Part shown: piece by piece, positions 54,340-63,464 of the stretch
Layout of the letters: each line of letters opens with the position of its first letter
How positions within the stretch are numbered: position 1 is the stretch's first letter
Assembly (NCBI GenBank): GCA_027485145.1
Contig: JAIXRO010000103.1
Location: 37,244 to 101,243, forward strand
Source of the DNA: Hyphomonadaceae bacterium
GTDB lineage: Bacteria > Pseudomonadota > Alphaproteobacteria > Caulobacterales > Hyphomonadaceae
Direction of reading: 5' to 3'
DNA: 64,000 bases
Program-made: the position numbers and the translations under genes
Notes under the pieces: generated by a model
Database searches by the model: none
The model's input: only the letters and a program-made list of their open reading frames with translations
Told to the model about the DNA's origin: nothing

Positions 54340-57069
54340 ATGCAGCGGAACGTGCGACTAATCTTTGCAGGTTTTTCCTGCGCGTTGATACTGGCTTTAG
54401 ACGCCGGCGCAGCTGTCGCTCAATCCGCGCCAGAGGGTGCGAAGGATAACCCCTCGCGTGCAGAAACCCGGCGCTTCAAGGTGCCAGCCTTGCCTATCAA
54501 CCAAGCCCTGGTCGTCTTGGGCCAACAGGCGGATGTGACGATCGTGTTCTCTGCGGTCACCGGGAGCGCCATACCCAGGTCACAGCCAATCGACGGCGCA
54601 ATGACGATTGAGACGGCCATCCGGCAAATATTGACCGGCACCGGGCTTGAGCTTGTCCAGATCGACGGCGAGACGTTTGCGGTCCGTATCGTCGAAGAAA
54701 TTGTACCTCGTGCGCTGCCTAAGCGGCGACAACGACCGCTAATCCAAAGAGCTCCGCTCCCACACCTTTCTATGGATGTCGTTGTGGTAACGGGCACAAG
54801 GCGCGCTGGAACCACGGCGCTCACCAGCGTGGCGGGAGTTGACGTGTTTGGCGCCGAAGATCTGCGTGCGGCGAACACCCGCGGCGAGCTCGTGACGACA
54901 CTGTCAGTCTTGGCGGCGTCAATTGATGCTCCAAGATCGACATTGAACGGGACGCCTGAAGCAGTTCGCAATATCCGGTTTCGGGGGTTAAATCCCGACC
55001 AGCTTATCGTGCTCGTGAACGGCCAGCGGCGCCATACAAGCGCGGTTGTTCATCCCTCGAGCATTTTTCGCGGTGCTGCGGGGGCAGATATCAATGCCAT
55101 TCCGCAAATCGCAATCGATCGCATTGAAGTCCTGAAGGACGGCGCCGCCGCGCAATATGGCTCTGAAGCGGTCACGGGTGTCATCAACTTCATCCTGAAG
55201 GACGAACCAAAAGGCGGCGAGATCAGCGTAACTGTCGGCGCGCATCTGACCCATATACCTGCGCTGGAAGAAGCCGTCGTCGATGGACCGACACTCGTTA
55301 TCGCCGCAGATCAAGGGTATCGGATCGGCCGTGCAGGCGCGCTGCGTATTGGGGGCGAGCTGACGCTGCGCGGAGAAACGGACCGGGCCGGCTTTGATGA
55401 GGTTCCGCCATTTATTCAGCTTCCGGACGACTCTCCCTTACGCGGCGCTCGTAGTTATCATCTGGGCGACGGCGAACTCACCAACGTCAACCTCTATTCA
55501 ACGCTGGAAACAGGTGACAGCGCTGGGCGTCTCGAAGTTTTCGGTCATGCGACGGTAGGTCTGCGCAGTGCAGAGAGCGCTTACTTTTTCCGCTATCCGG
55601 GTACGGCGAGTACGGATGAAACGATCTATCCGCAGGGATTTCGGCCGGTTGCCGTCGGTCATAACGCGGATCTGTCGGCGACGCTCGGATTGAGAAGCCG
55701 ACTTGACGACTGGCATATTGAAGCGGCCACATCATTTGGAACGAACTTCTTCGAAAATCGCCTCGAAAATACGCTCAACGCCTCTCTGGGACCGGCGTCT
55801 CCGACATCGTTCAGAACCGGATCACTGTCCTATACTCAGACAACCCTGCAGGCGACTGCCACAAAGCAAACGACGGATGCGGCGTCCCTTTTGCTTGGCA
55901 CCGAAGCCCGTTTCGAAGAGCACCGGACGGTGGCTGCCGACCCTGCCGCGTACCAGGCCGGCCCTTATGTTGACCGGGAGGTCGGCGCCCAGGGCGGCGG
56001 CGTGATCACGCCTGCAGATGCCAGAACGAAGACCCGCACGAGCGTGAGCGCCTTTGCGTCATTGGAAATAGATGCAGCTGAAAACCTCTCGCTCGTCGCA
56101 GCATCGCGTATCGATCATGCCAACGATTTTGGAACGGCGATTACAGGACGCTTCGGCGCGAACCTGCAGCTCGGATCATTTGTGGTCCGGGCATCCGGAT
56201 CAAACAACTACAGGGCTCCCAACCTCGGTCAGCTCAACTACAGCGTCACCAATACCGACTACAATGAAAGTCTGGAACTTGAGCAGCAATTGAACCTGGG
56301 GGGAGACAATTTGCTCCTTCAAGTTTTCGGGTTTGAGCCTCTTGGACCTGAGACCTCTGCAAACTGGACGCTGGGCGCAGGCTACAGCCGGGGTCCATTT
56401 CAGATGACGGCCGATGCCTATCTGATCCGCATCTCAGACCGGATCGCAACCACGCCTTTGATTTCTGCAGATGCAGCGGTCGCAGCGGCGAGCGCGCGTC
56501 TCGGATCGGCTGTGCAGAGCGTCAGGTTTCCGGTCAACCGATATGATACGGAAACGACGGGTATCGATATCGCTGCCTCGTCGCGATGGGACACATCCTT
56601 TGGTGAGCTGGCCCTGCGCGGGACGTTGTCGCTCGTTGAGACGGATATCCAAGACATTAGGCAGGCTCCCCAGCCGCTTGCGGCACTCGCTTCGAACATC
56701 AAGTGGAATGCTGTGAACGCCGACTTCGGGAATGTTCCGTCGTCACATCTCGGACTTCAGGCTTCGCTTCGGACCGATCAGCTGGACATACTCTGGCGGA
56801 CCATGCGCTATGGTGAAACAGAAGAACCACGTCGTGGCACGCCAGGGGGTGTTCAGGTCTACGACGCGGATTGGCGGCACGATCTCACGGTCGTATCGCG
56901 CCACCTGGCGGGTTTTGAAACCCGCATCGGCATTGAAAACCTCTTTGATGCGTATCCGGAGGAAACGATTGGCGCAGAAAGCTATTTCGGCAATTTCCCG
57001 TACGGCTATGGGCGTCCTATTGGCATCAACGGGCGATACATGTTTGTGTCTTTGAGGAAATACTGGTGA
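54340..57069 (+). CDS. TonB-dependent receptor 5 with N-terminal STN signalling domain
   Basis: FKVPALPINQAL..LGQQA...AIRQILTGTGL STN domain; RIEVLKDGAAAQYGSEAVTGVIN; C-terminal LRKYW. Confidence 0.93.
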   Translation: MQRNVRLIFAGFSCALILALDAGAAVAQSAPEGAKDNPSRAETRRFKVPALPINQALVVLGQQADVTIVFSAVTGSAIPRSQPIDGAMTIETAIRQILTGTGLELVQIDGETFAVRIVEEIVPRALPKRRQRPLIQRAPLPHLSMDVVVVTGTRRAGTTALTSVAGVDVFGAEDLRAANTRGELVTTLSVLAASIDAPRSTLNGTPEAVRNIRFRGLNPDQLIVLVNGQRRHTSAVVHPSSIFRGAAGADINAIPQIAIDRIEVLKDGAAAQYGSEAVTGVINFILKDEPKGGEISVTVGAHLTHIPALEEAVVDGPTLVIAADQGYRIGRAGALRIGGELTLRGETDRAGFDEVPPFIQLPDDSPLRGARSYHLGDGELTNVNLYSTLETGDSAGRLEVFGHATVGLRSAESAYFFRYPGTASTDETIYPQGFRPVAVGHNADLSATLGLRSRLDDWHIEAATSFGTNFFENRLENTLNASLGPASPTSFRTGSLSYTQTTLQATATKQTTDAASLLLGTEARFEEHRTVAADPAAYQAGPYVDREVGAQGGGVITPADARTKTRTSVSAFASLEIDAAENLSLVAASRIDHANDFGTAITGRFGANLQLGSFVVRASGSNNYRAPNLGQLNYSVTNTDYNESLELEQQLNLGGDNLLLQVFGFEPLGPETSANWTLGAGYSRGPFQMTADAYLIRISDRIATTPLISADAAVAAASARLGSAVQSVRFPVNRYDTETTGIDIAASSRWDTSFGELALRGTLSLVETDIQDIRQAPQPLAALASNIKWNAVNADFGNVPSSHLGLQASLRTDQLDILWRTMRYGETEEPRRGTPGGVQVYDADWRHDLTVVSRHLAGFETRIGIENLFDAYPEETIGAESYFGNFPYGYGRPIGINGRYMFVSLRKYW

Positions 57070-57947
57070 TGTTGATAAGAAGTCTCCAAGCCTACGCCGG
57101 CGCCATTGCGATCGCGGGGATAGGCGCCTGCGCGGCCGTTTTTGCACCCAGCGCTTCAAGCACGGATAAAACCCTGCGTGTCGTGACCTGGAACATCGAG
57201 CATCTCGGCGAAGCCGGCGAAGGCTGCGTGCCACGTACAGAGGCAGACCTTCTGGCAATTGCTGACTATGTTCGAGGCCTGAACGCCGATGTCATCTCTT
57301 TTCAGGAGGTCGCCTCGGAGGCGGCGGCGCAGGCTGTATTCCCGACGACCGAATGGCGCCTCTTTGTCTCAAACCGCGTTTACGATGCGCCGCAGCCGCT
57401 TTGCCGGCAGGACCCCTCCAGACGGATGGGCCATATGCGAACCGGCTTTGCTGTTCGGCGCGCCATAGCGGCCGAGCTGCAACCTGAACTGGAATCTCTG
57501 GGCGACACCGATTTGGGCGCGAACGAGGAACCGCACGGCGTGGATATTGAGGTTACGGTTGGCGACCGGACTGTGCGTATGCTGTCAGTTCATCTGACAA
57601 GCGGTTGTTCTTCAAATAAGAGCGAGACCGGGCCTGCCTGCACGGCGCTGTTCTATCAAGCGCCTGCACTGCGAAACTGGACCCAGGCGCGTTCAGCAAA
57701 CAGCGAGGCCTGGTTGGTTGCCGGTGACTTCAATCGCGGATGGGATACTGACGACGAATTCTGGATTTCTGCGCTCGGTGCAAGTGCCAAAACGCTAAAG
57801 GTTGCCTCGGGCGGCGACGGCACCGTTGATCACTTGCTTCTCTCGTCTGGCAGGCAGGGAATGCGTCTGCAAACTGTAAAACCACTAGCATCTGCAACCG
57901 TCCTGGATCTTTCCGACCATGAACCGGTCATGGCCGACTTGCGATAG
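57066..57947 (+). CDS. Endonuclease/exonuclease/phosphatase family protein, secreted
   Basis: VVTWNIEH, SFQEV, VHL.SGC, AGDFN, DH and SDHEPV motifs. Confidence 0.9.
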   Translation: MMLIRSLQAYAGAIAIAGIGACAAVFAPSASSTDKTLRVVTWNIEHLGEAGEGCVPRTEADLLAIADYVRGLNADVISFQEVASEAAAQAVFPTTEWRLFVSNRVYDAPQPLCRQDPSRRMGHMRTGFAVRRAIAAELQPELESLGDTDLGANEEPHGVDIEVTVGDRTVRMLSVHLTSGCSSNKSETGPACTALFYQAPALRNWTQARSANSEAWLVAGDFNRGWDTDDEFWISALGASAKTLKVASGGDGTVDHLLLSSGRQGMRLQTVKPLASATVLDLSDHEPVMADLR

Positions 57948-57952
57948 TTGTC

Positions 57953-58390
57953 ATGAAGCACGTCTTCCCTCCCCTCGTCATTCCGTCAACGGACTTACAG
58001 CCCTTTTTTGAGACGCTGCTCCTCTGCCCGTGCACAGCCGCAACGACTGGCGTCTGCCTTGTCGGAACCAAGTCTCAGGTCTGGTCAGCGTATCCGCGTC
58101 TTCCGCGGTCAAACCGGATGCTCGGCGAAATCTCCCAAGCAGTGTGCGAGCACACCTCCACGCCGTTGCTCGTCCTCCTGAATGGAGCGGGCGCTGCATT
58201 GTTTGAACCCCAGAAACGACCCCAAAGGATCTTGCCGATGAGCGCATTTGATAAGTTCGGTCCCAATTGTTCCTTCGGGCTCAGCCTCGATCAAGCGACA
58301 GGCTTGCTGAAGGAAGGGCCAATGCCACACGAAACGCTTGAAGCATTTATTCGGCGCGTCATCAGCGGCGCTAAAAGCCCTGACTGCTAA
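57953..58390 (+). CDS. Unknown Cys-containing protein, copy B
   Basis: Intact ORF 5 nt after the EEP stop; paralogue of 48525-48917. Confidence 0.75.
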   Translation: MKHVFPPLVIPSTDLQPFFETLLLCPCTAATTGVCLVGTKSQVWSAYPRLPRSNRMLGEISQAVCEHTSTPLLVLLNGAGAALFEPQKRPQRILPMSAFDKFGPNCSFGLSLDQATGLLKEGPMPHETLEAFIRRVISGAKSPDC

Positions 58391-58420
58391 GTCCTGCTGT
58401 TGTCCGAAGATACCGAGATG

Positions 58421-58819
58421 ATGAGCCAAACGAACAAGCGCCAGGCGAGCATCGTCGATCGAGCTGTCGGAGCCAACATCCAGAAGCTACGCATCGCTGC
58501 AGGACTGACGCTGGCGGAGCTCGCCGTCCGACTTCGCATCAGCCATCAGCAGCTTCACAAGTACGAGAATGGATCCAATCGCGTCTGCGCAAGCATGATC
58601 TATGGCTTATCGCGCTCATTGGACGTGCCACTGATCTCGCTGTTCCAAGGGGTTGAAGGCATCAGTGATTTTGAATTTTTGGCAGCTGAGCTGGTTACCG
58701 CGCGCAATCGCTGCAAGAGCATCGTTGACGCCACGTCCTCTCTCGCGCGCCTCGATGCCATGTCCAAAATCCTGAGCGTTTTGAAAGATGAAAGCAGCGC
58801 TGATCCAGTAACAATGTGA
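58421..58819 (+). CDS. XRE-family HTH transcriptional regulator
   Basis: VGANIQKLR...GLTLAELA..L.ISHQQLHKYENGSNRV. Confidence 0.9.
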   Translation: MSQTNKRQASIVDRAVGANIQKLRIAAGLTLAELAVRLRISHQQLHKYENGSNRVCASMIYGLSRSLDVPLISLFQGVEGISDFEFLAAELVTARNRCKSIVDATSSLARLDAMSKILSVLKDESSADPVTM

Positions 58820-59247
58820 TGTGTTACGGAGCGAGATTAAAAATCGCAAAATGCGAAAAATGTCGGAGGAGGTCGAGAGCGCCAGCAGGACGGATAATCA
58901 TCTCAGAAGTTATGGGGTTTGAAACCTGGACTTATTCGGCGCGCCGATCGGTGAGTGAGCACGCAGTGCTCTAAATCAGACGCTCAACTCCCAACCCTCG
59001 ACCGGCAATTTAGGGCCAGGTTGGTTCTGATCGTCAGGTTCCTCAACCGGCAGGGTCACCTCAGTCCGGTCATTCCACCGCCTCACAGGAACCAGTCCGA
59101 AGATCGCCGCAAGCCGCCCCAGCTCTGCTGTCCAGAGGTGTCGGCCTTCCGAGGCTAACCAGGCAATCTACCGCAAACCTCAAAGCCTGAGCAGCGGCAC
59201 CCTTTAGGCAACCTTGATATTGGTTTTCCCGCCCCGCGCTAAAACGG

Positions 59248-60195
59248 TCACGCCGCGGCGGCGCTGCGAATATCTTGGTCGCTGGCACCGTTTGCTGCGA
59301 GCGTCATAACCGCGCGCGCTTTGGCCGAGCTCAAACGATAAAAGTCGCGGTAGTCGACGCCAGCTTCGATCACACGCCGCGCGAACCTGGCGCTCGTCGC
59401 GCCGCGGGACTGGGCGCCGAACCCGTCAGAGGCCTGTTTGCCCAGCCAAGACTTGTCCAGCCAGTGTGACGTATCTTCCAGGAAAGGAACGATGCCGAGC
59501 TGCGCGCGCACAGCCTCAAGCGGCTGCGGCAGAAGTTCTTCCCAAGCCACGAAAATTGCCGGACACACCGCGTGTGCGGCAAGCCCGTTCTTGTGCGCCT
59601 CTATTAGCAAAGCGCGCCAGCGTTTCGTGCCGATGCTAGGGTGAATAAAAAATCTGGGCCCAATTCCAAGCGAGGACCACGCCAGTTTCGAATACGCAAC
59701 GCCATAGAGATAAGCGTTTTGGAAATAGATCAGTAGGCCCTCGCCCGAAAGGTTCGGGGCATAGCCAGTGACGACATGAAACAGATCATGCATCCAACGC
59801 GCGCGCTCCAGATAATATCGGGCGTCGTCACTCATCTCGAATGAGTCAAAAAACCCGTCGCGATAGATCAGTCCGGCCAACAGATAGCCCGGCACGCCGT
59901 AGGGATTGTCCATTGAGTCGAAAAACGTCCGGCCCAAGCTACCGGCTGGCATCGCCTTGAGCGCGGCGGTATCCGACAAGGACACGCCCAGATCCGGCCG
60001 TTCGGCAAGCAAGCGCCCTCCAGTTGGATGTAAGCGCATGCGCTCGACGTCAGCCAGAATCTCAGGACCGCCCGCCAACATCTTGATGCGGGGAACCTGC
60101 TTGGCGCCGCCCTCAGAAACGGGGTTCATGAGCCAACGCGCGCCCGCAAGGAGGGAGCCGGGAATATCGCGCTTCTCAAGAGTTCTTTTGGGCAT
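59248..60195 (-). CDS. Coq4-like protein
   Basis: L..MPAGSLGRTF and HDLFHVVTGY...GE (HDxxH...E metal motif). Confidence 0.8.
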   Translation of the reverse strand: MPKRTLEKRDIPGSLLAGARWLMNPVSEGGAKQVPRIKMLAGGPEILADVERMRLHPTGGRLLAERPDLGVSLSDTAALKAMPAGSLGRTFFDSMDNPYGVPGYLLAGLIYRDGFFDSFEMSDDARYYLERARWMHDLFHVVTGYAPNLSGEGLLIYFQNAYLYGVAYSKLAWSSLGIGPRFFIHPSIGTKRWRALLIEAHKNGLAAHAVCPAIFVAWEELLPQPLEAVRAQLGIVPFLEDTSHWLDKSWLGKQASDGFGAQSRGATSARFARRVIEAGVDYRDFYRLSSAKARAVMTLAANGASDQDIRSAAAA

Positions 60196-60267
60196 GAAAC
60201 TTCTGGCCTCTTTCGACGATTCAATCAGCTTTGAGCTTTTAAACCACTTTCCGCCGCTGAGACAGCT

Positions 60268-60388
60268 AAATAGCCCCTAGATTTGTAGACGCCTTCTTCC
60301 CTAAATTTGAGGCAAGGAGGCCATCATTGGCAAAGGCAGTTTCAGCGACGAGTTCAAGCGGGATGCAGTGGCCCAGATGAGTGAAAGA
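60268..60388 (+). mobile_element. IS3-family left-end remnant
   Basis: IR-like TAGCCCCTAGATTTGTAGACGCC, RBS AAGGAGG, then (I)GKGSFSDEFKRDAVAQMSER matching an IS3 OrfA N-terminus. The start codon is degenerate and the rest is missing. Confidence 0.75.
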
Positions 60389-60448
60389 CATCGCGACAAA
60401 ACAAAACTCCAGAGTCGGCGATCTGATTTCATCAGGTCGCACCCGGCT

Positions 60449-62251
60449 CTAGACGGCGCCCATGCCATAGAGCTCGCCAATGTCCGTCTTGTATTTTTCC
60501 AAGACCACTTGACGTTTGACTTTCATGGTCGGTGTCAGCTCTTCTCCGCCTGGAAGCCAGTCCATAATGAGAATTTTGAACTGCTTGATCTGCTCTGGAC
60601 GGGAAAGTTCCCTATTGGCGCGCTCCACTGCAGATTCGATTTCCTGTTGGATCACTGAGGGGACTGCGCAAGTGGCTACACCTGGATGCGCTATTCCGTG
60701 TTCCTTGGCGAATGCAATTACGAGTTCTGAGGGAAGCACGATCAAAGCTACATTATAGGGTTTTGCATCACCAACCACAACGACATGACTAATCATAGAA
60801 GAATGGGCCATGATCTTCAATTCGATGGCAGTCGGCGACATATTCTTTCCAGATGAGCTGATTATTATGTCTTTCTTTCGTCCAACAATTTTCAGAAATC
60901 CGTCGCTGTCGATCGTTGCGAGGTCACCCGTGCGCAGCCATCCATCGATTATTGTTTCTGCGGTCTTGTCGGGCAAATTGCGGTATGCTCGCATGACCGT
61001 TGGACCTCTCACTAACGCTTCGCCGTCGTCTGCAAGCATCACCTCCAAGCCCGGCATTGGCGGGCCAACGGTGCCTAGCTTGAATTTATCCGGCGGCACA
61101 ATTGTTACCGTGCCGGCCGTTTCCGACATTCCCCATATCTCGGTCACGTAGATCCCAATCGCTGCGAAGAATTCGAGAACGTCTGCGCCGGGGGGGGCCG
61201 CCCCTATCAAGAAGACTTCGCATCGGTCAAATCCAAGCCGCTCACGAATCTTTGAAAAAGCATTCATTTCAGCCAAATCGTATTCGGCCTGCAGCTCGGC
61301 GGGTATTGATTCTCCAGCTTGTTCGGCTCTCACCTTCCGTATGCCGAGGGCAATAGCATTCTGGTACGCCTCCTGGTGCTCTGGGTCAGCCTCAATTTCC
61401 AGTTCCAGTGCCGACTTCATTTTCTCCCAAATGCGCGGAACACTGGCAAAGGTGGTCGGGCGCGCATCAACGATGTGGGAAAAGATGTCGGCGAGATCAG
61501 GACAGCAAGTAAGTGTGCTCCCAAAAAACATCTGGCTGTAATGAACCATTACCCGATCACCGACATGGGCCGAGGGAAGGAACGATAAGGCGGCCCCTCC
61601 AGTTCGAGGATGCAACACAGCATCAATGCCACGGCACTGTGCGATCACATTCGCATGTGTGATTTCGACGCCTTTCGGCGGACCTGTTGTGCCGGATGTG
61701 TAGATTAGGGTGAGAAGATCCTCACTTTGAACCTTGCGCCATGTTGCGTCGAAGTCAAAGTCAACTTCGGGATTGAGATTTTCGAAATCTTCAAACTGAA
61801 GGCCCCCCTCCAATTGGCCATCGAGAACAATCATCGTTTCGACGGTCTCCGCCAGGCTAGCGCCGGCTTTCGCACGGTCGATGAACCGCCCTTCGACGAA
61901 GACGAGGCGGCAGTTCGCGTCCCGAAGCATGTGTGCAATCTGTTCGGGAGAGGACGTATTGTAGATCGAGAATGAGACGGCCCCGAGATGCATAGCGGCG
62001 GTATCAAACAACTGAAATTCGGGCCGGTTGGTCAGCATGATGGCGACAGTGTCGCCGCGCCTAATTCCCAACCGATGTAGCCCTCCGGCTATACGACGGA
62101 CACGTTCAGCATATTCGGCAAAGGTAATTGAAACAACGCCATGTTTTGTCCGTAGTGCGACTTGGTCCGGTCGTTCTGCAGACAATCTTTGGAAGGCTTC
62201 GCACAAGGTTGCTGAGTTCAGTGACGCGGGCGATGTTCTTTGTTCGATCAT
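60449..62251 (-). CDS. Long-chain fatty-acid-CoA ligase (AMP-dependent synthetase)
   Basis: IYTSGTTGPPKG, IWGMSET, GWLRTGD and GRKKDII motifs. Confidence 0.95.
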   Translation of the reverse strand: MIEQRTSPASLNSATLCEAFQRLSAERPDQVALRTKHGVVSITFAEYAERVRRIAGGLHRLGIRRGDTVAIMLTNRPEFQLFDTAAMHLGAVSFSIYNTSSPEQIAHMLRDANCRLVFVEGRFIDRAKAGASLAETVETMIVLDGQLEGGLQFEDFENLNPEVDFDFDATWRKVQSEDLLTLIYTSGTTGPPKGVEITHANVIAQCRGIDAVLHPRTGGAALSFLPSAHVGDRVMVHYSQMFFGSTLTCCPDLADIFSHIVDARPTTFASVPRIWEKMKSALELEIEADPEHQEAYQNAIALGIRKVRAEQAGESIPAELQAEYDLAEMNAFSKIRERLGFDRCEVFLIGAAPPGADVLEFFAAIGIYVTEIWGMSETAGTVTIVPPDKFKLGTVGPPMPGLEVMLADDGEALVRGPTVMRAYRNLPDKTAETIIDGWLRTGDLATIDSDGFLKIVGRKKDIIISSSGKNMSPTAIELKIMAHSSMISHVVVVGDAKPYNVALIVLPSELVIAFAKEHGIAHPGVATCAVPSVIQQEIESAVERANRELSRPEQIKQFKILIMDWLPGGEELTPTMKVKRQVVLEKYKTDIGELYGMGAV

Positions 62252-62298
62252 TTGACGCTTACTTCCTGGAATTTCCGCGGATTGTCTGTCTGGACACC

Positions 62299-63423
62299 TT
62301 AGACAGATGGTAAGAGCCGGTTCATGAGCTCGTTTGTTTCGATGAATTCGTTCACCAATTCAGCTACGATTTCACGGCAGCTTATTTCTTGGTTCAAACG
62401 CCCCACAACCTGCCCAACAGGTATCCACATCAGGTCCGCAGATTTTTCCGGATAGCGATCCATCCGCTCAAAAGCTTCCTGCATCAGGAAGTGCTGCATC
62501 GGTGGTGCCAACGGGTTCGGTGTAGCCGTGTGTTCCCATGCGCGAGTGAATTCGCTCTTTAGGCAACGTGAAAATTTGCCCGTCGGATACTTGGTGCGGG
62601 TCGTATCAGAACTGCTGGCCTCCAGCATTTTCCGCTTAGAAACCGGATTGTTCGAGGATTCAATGCTGGGCAGCCAGACCGATCCGCACCACACACCCTG
62701 AGCACCCAGCGACATTGCGGCGTACATCTGTTTGCCGGATCCGATACCGCCGGCTGCAAGAACGGGGATATCTCCGGCGATCTCGACCACTTCCGGCCAG
62801 AGCACAACGCTGCCGATTTCACCACAATGGCCGCCGCCCTCGTAACCCTGCGCCACGATGACATCCAAGCCGGCGTCCACGTGAGCTTTTGCATGTTTTC
62901 CGGCGCCGCAAAGTGCGCCGATCAAACGACCTGAAGCATGGACCTGATCTATCACCTGACGAGGCGGTGTTCCGAGCGCATTGACAATCAACTTCACATT
63001 TTCATGGAGCAGCGAAACATCGACAAACGGCTGTGCGGTTGCTTCCGTCATAGCCAGCTTGCTCTCGTAATCTTCATCGGCTGGCAGTTCCGGGACGTTA
63101 TGCTTGGCCAGTATCGAACTCACAAATTCCCGATGCTCATTTGGAATATTGGCACGGACGGATTCAAGCAGTTTTGCCGCTTCCTTCTCCTCTTGCCCCC
63201 AATACTTGTTCGGAATGATGATATCGACGCCGTAGGGGCGCCCATTCACATGCCGGTCCAGCCATTCCAGCTCAGTTTCCAAAGCCTCTCCAGAAGGTAG
63301 ACCAGCAGCACCTAGCACACCAAAGCCACCTGCGTTCGTCACCGCAGCAACGACATCTCTGCAATGAGAAAATGCGAATATCGGAAATTCGATACCCAGC
63401 GTCTTAGCCAGTTTCGTCTGCAT
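62299..63423 (-). CDS. Nitronate monooxygenase-family flavoprotein
   Basis: PIFAFSHCRDVVAAV..AGGFG, AQGYEGGGH, AAGGIG.G and GVWCGS motifs. Confidence 0.92.
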   Translation of the reverse strand: MQTKLAKTLGIEFPIFAFSHCRDVVAAVTNAGGFGVLGAAGLPSGEALETELEWLDRHVNGRPYGVDIIIPNKYWGQEEKEAAKLLESVRANIPNEHREFVSSILAKHNVPELPADEDYESKLAMTEATAQPFVDVSLLHENVKLIVNALGTPPRQVIDQVHASGRLIGALCGAGKHAKAHVDAGLDVIVAQGYEGGGHCGEIGSVVLWPEVVEIAGDIPVLAAGGIGSGKQMYAAMSLGAQGVWCGSVWLPSIESSNNPVSKRKMLEASSSDTTRTKYPTGKFSRCLKSEFTRAWEHTATPNPLAPPMQHFLMQEAFERMDRYPEKSADLMWIPVGQVVGRLNQEISCREIVAELVNEFIETNELMNRLLPSV

Positions 63424-63464
63424 AGTTGCCTACCTCTTTTCTACTAAATTGATGAACTTCATTC

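Noticed and set aside
58850-59240. Possible gene or transposase remnant after the XRE gene
   Set aside because: Short open frames exist on both strands, but none has a start, RBS or motif I can assign.
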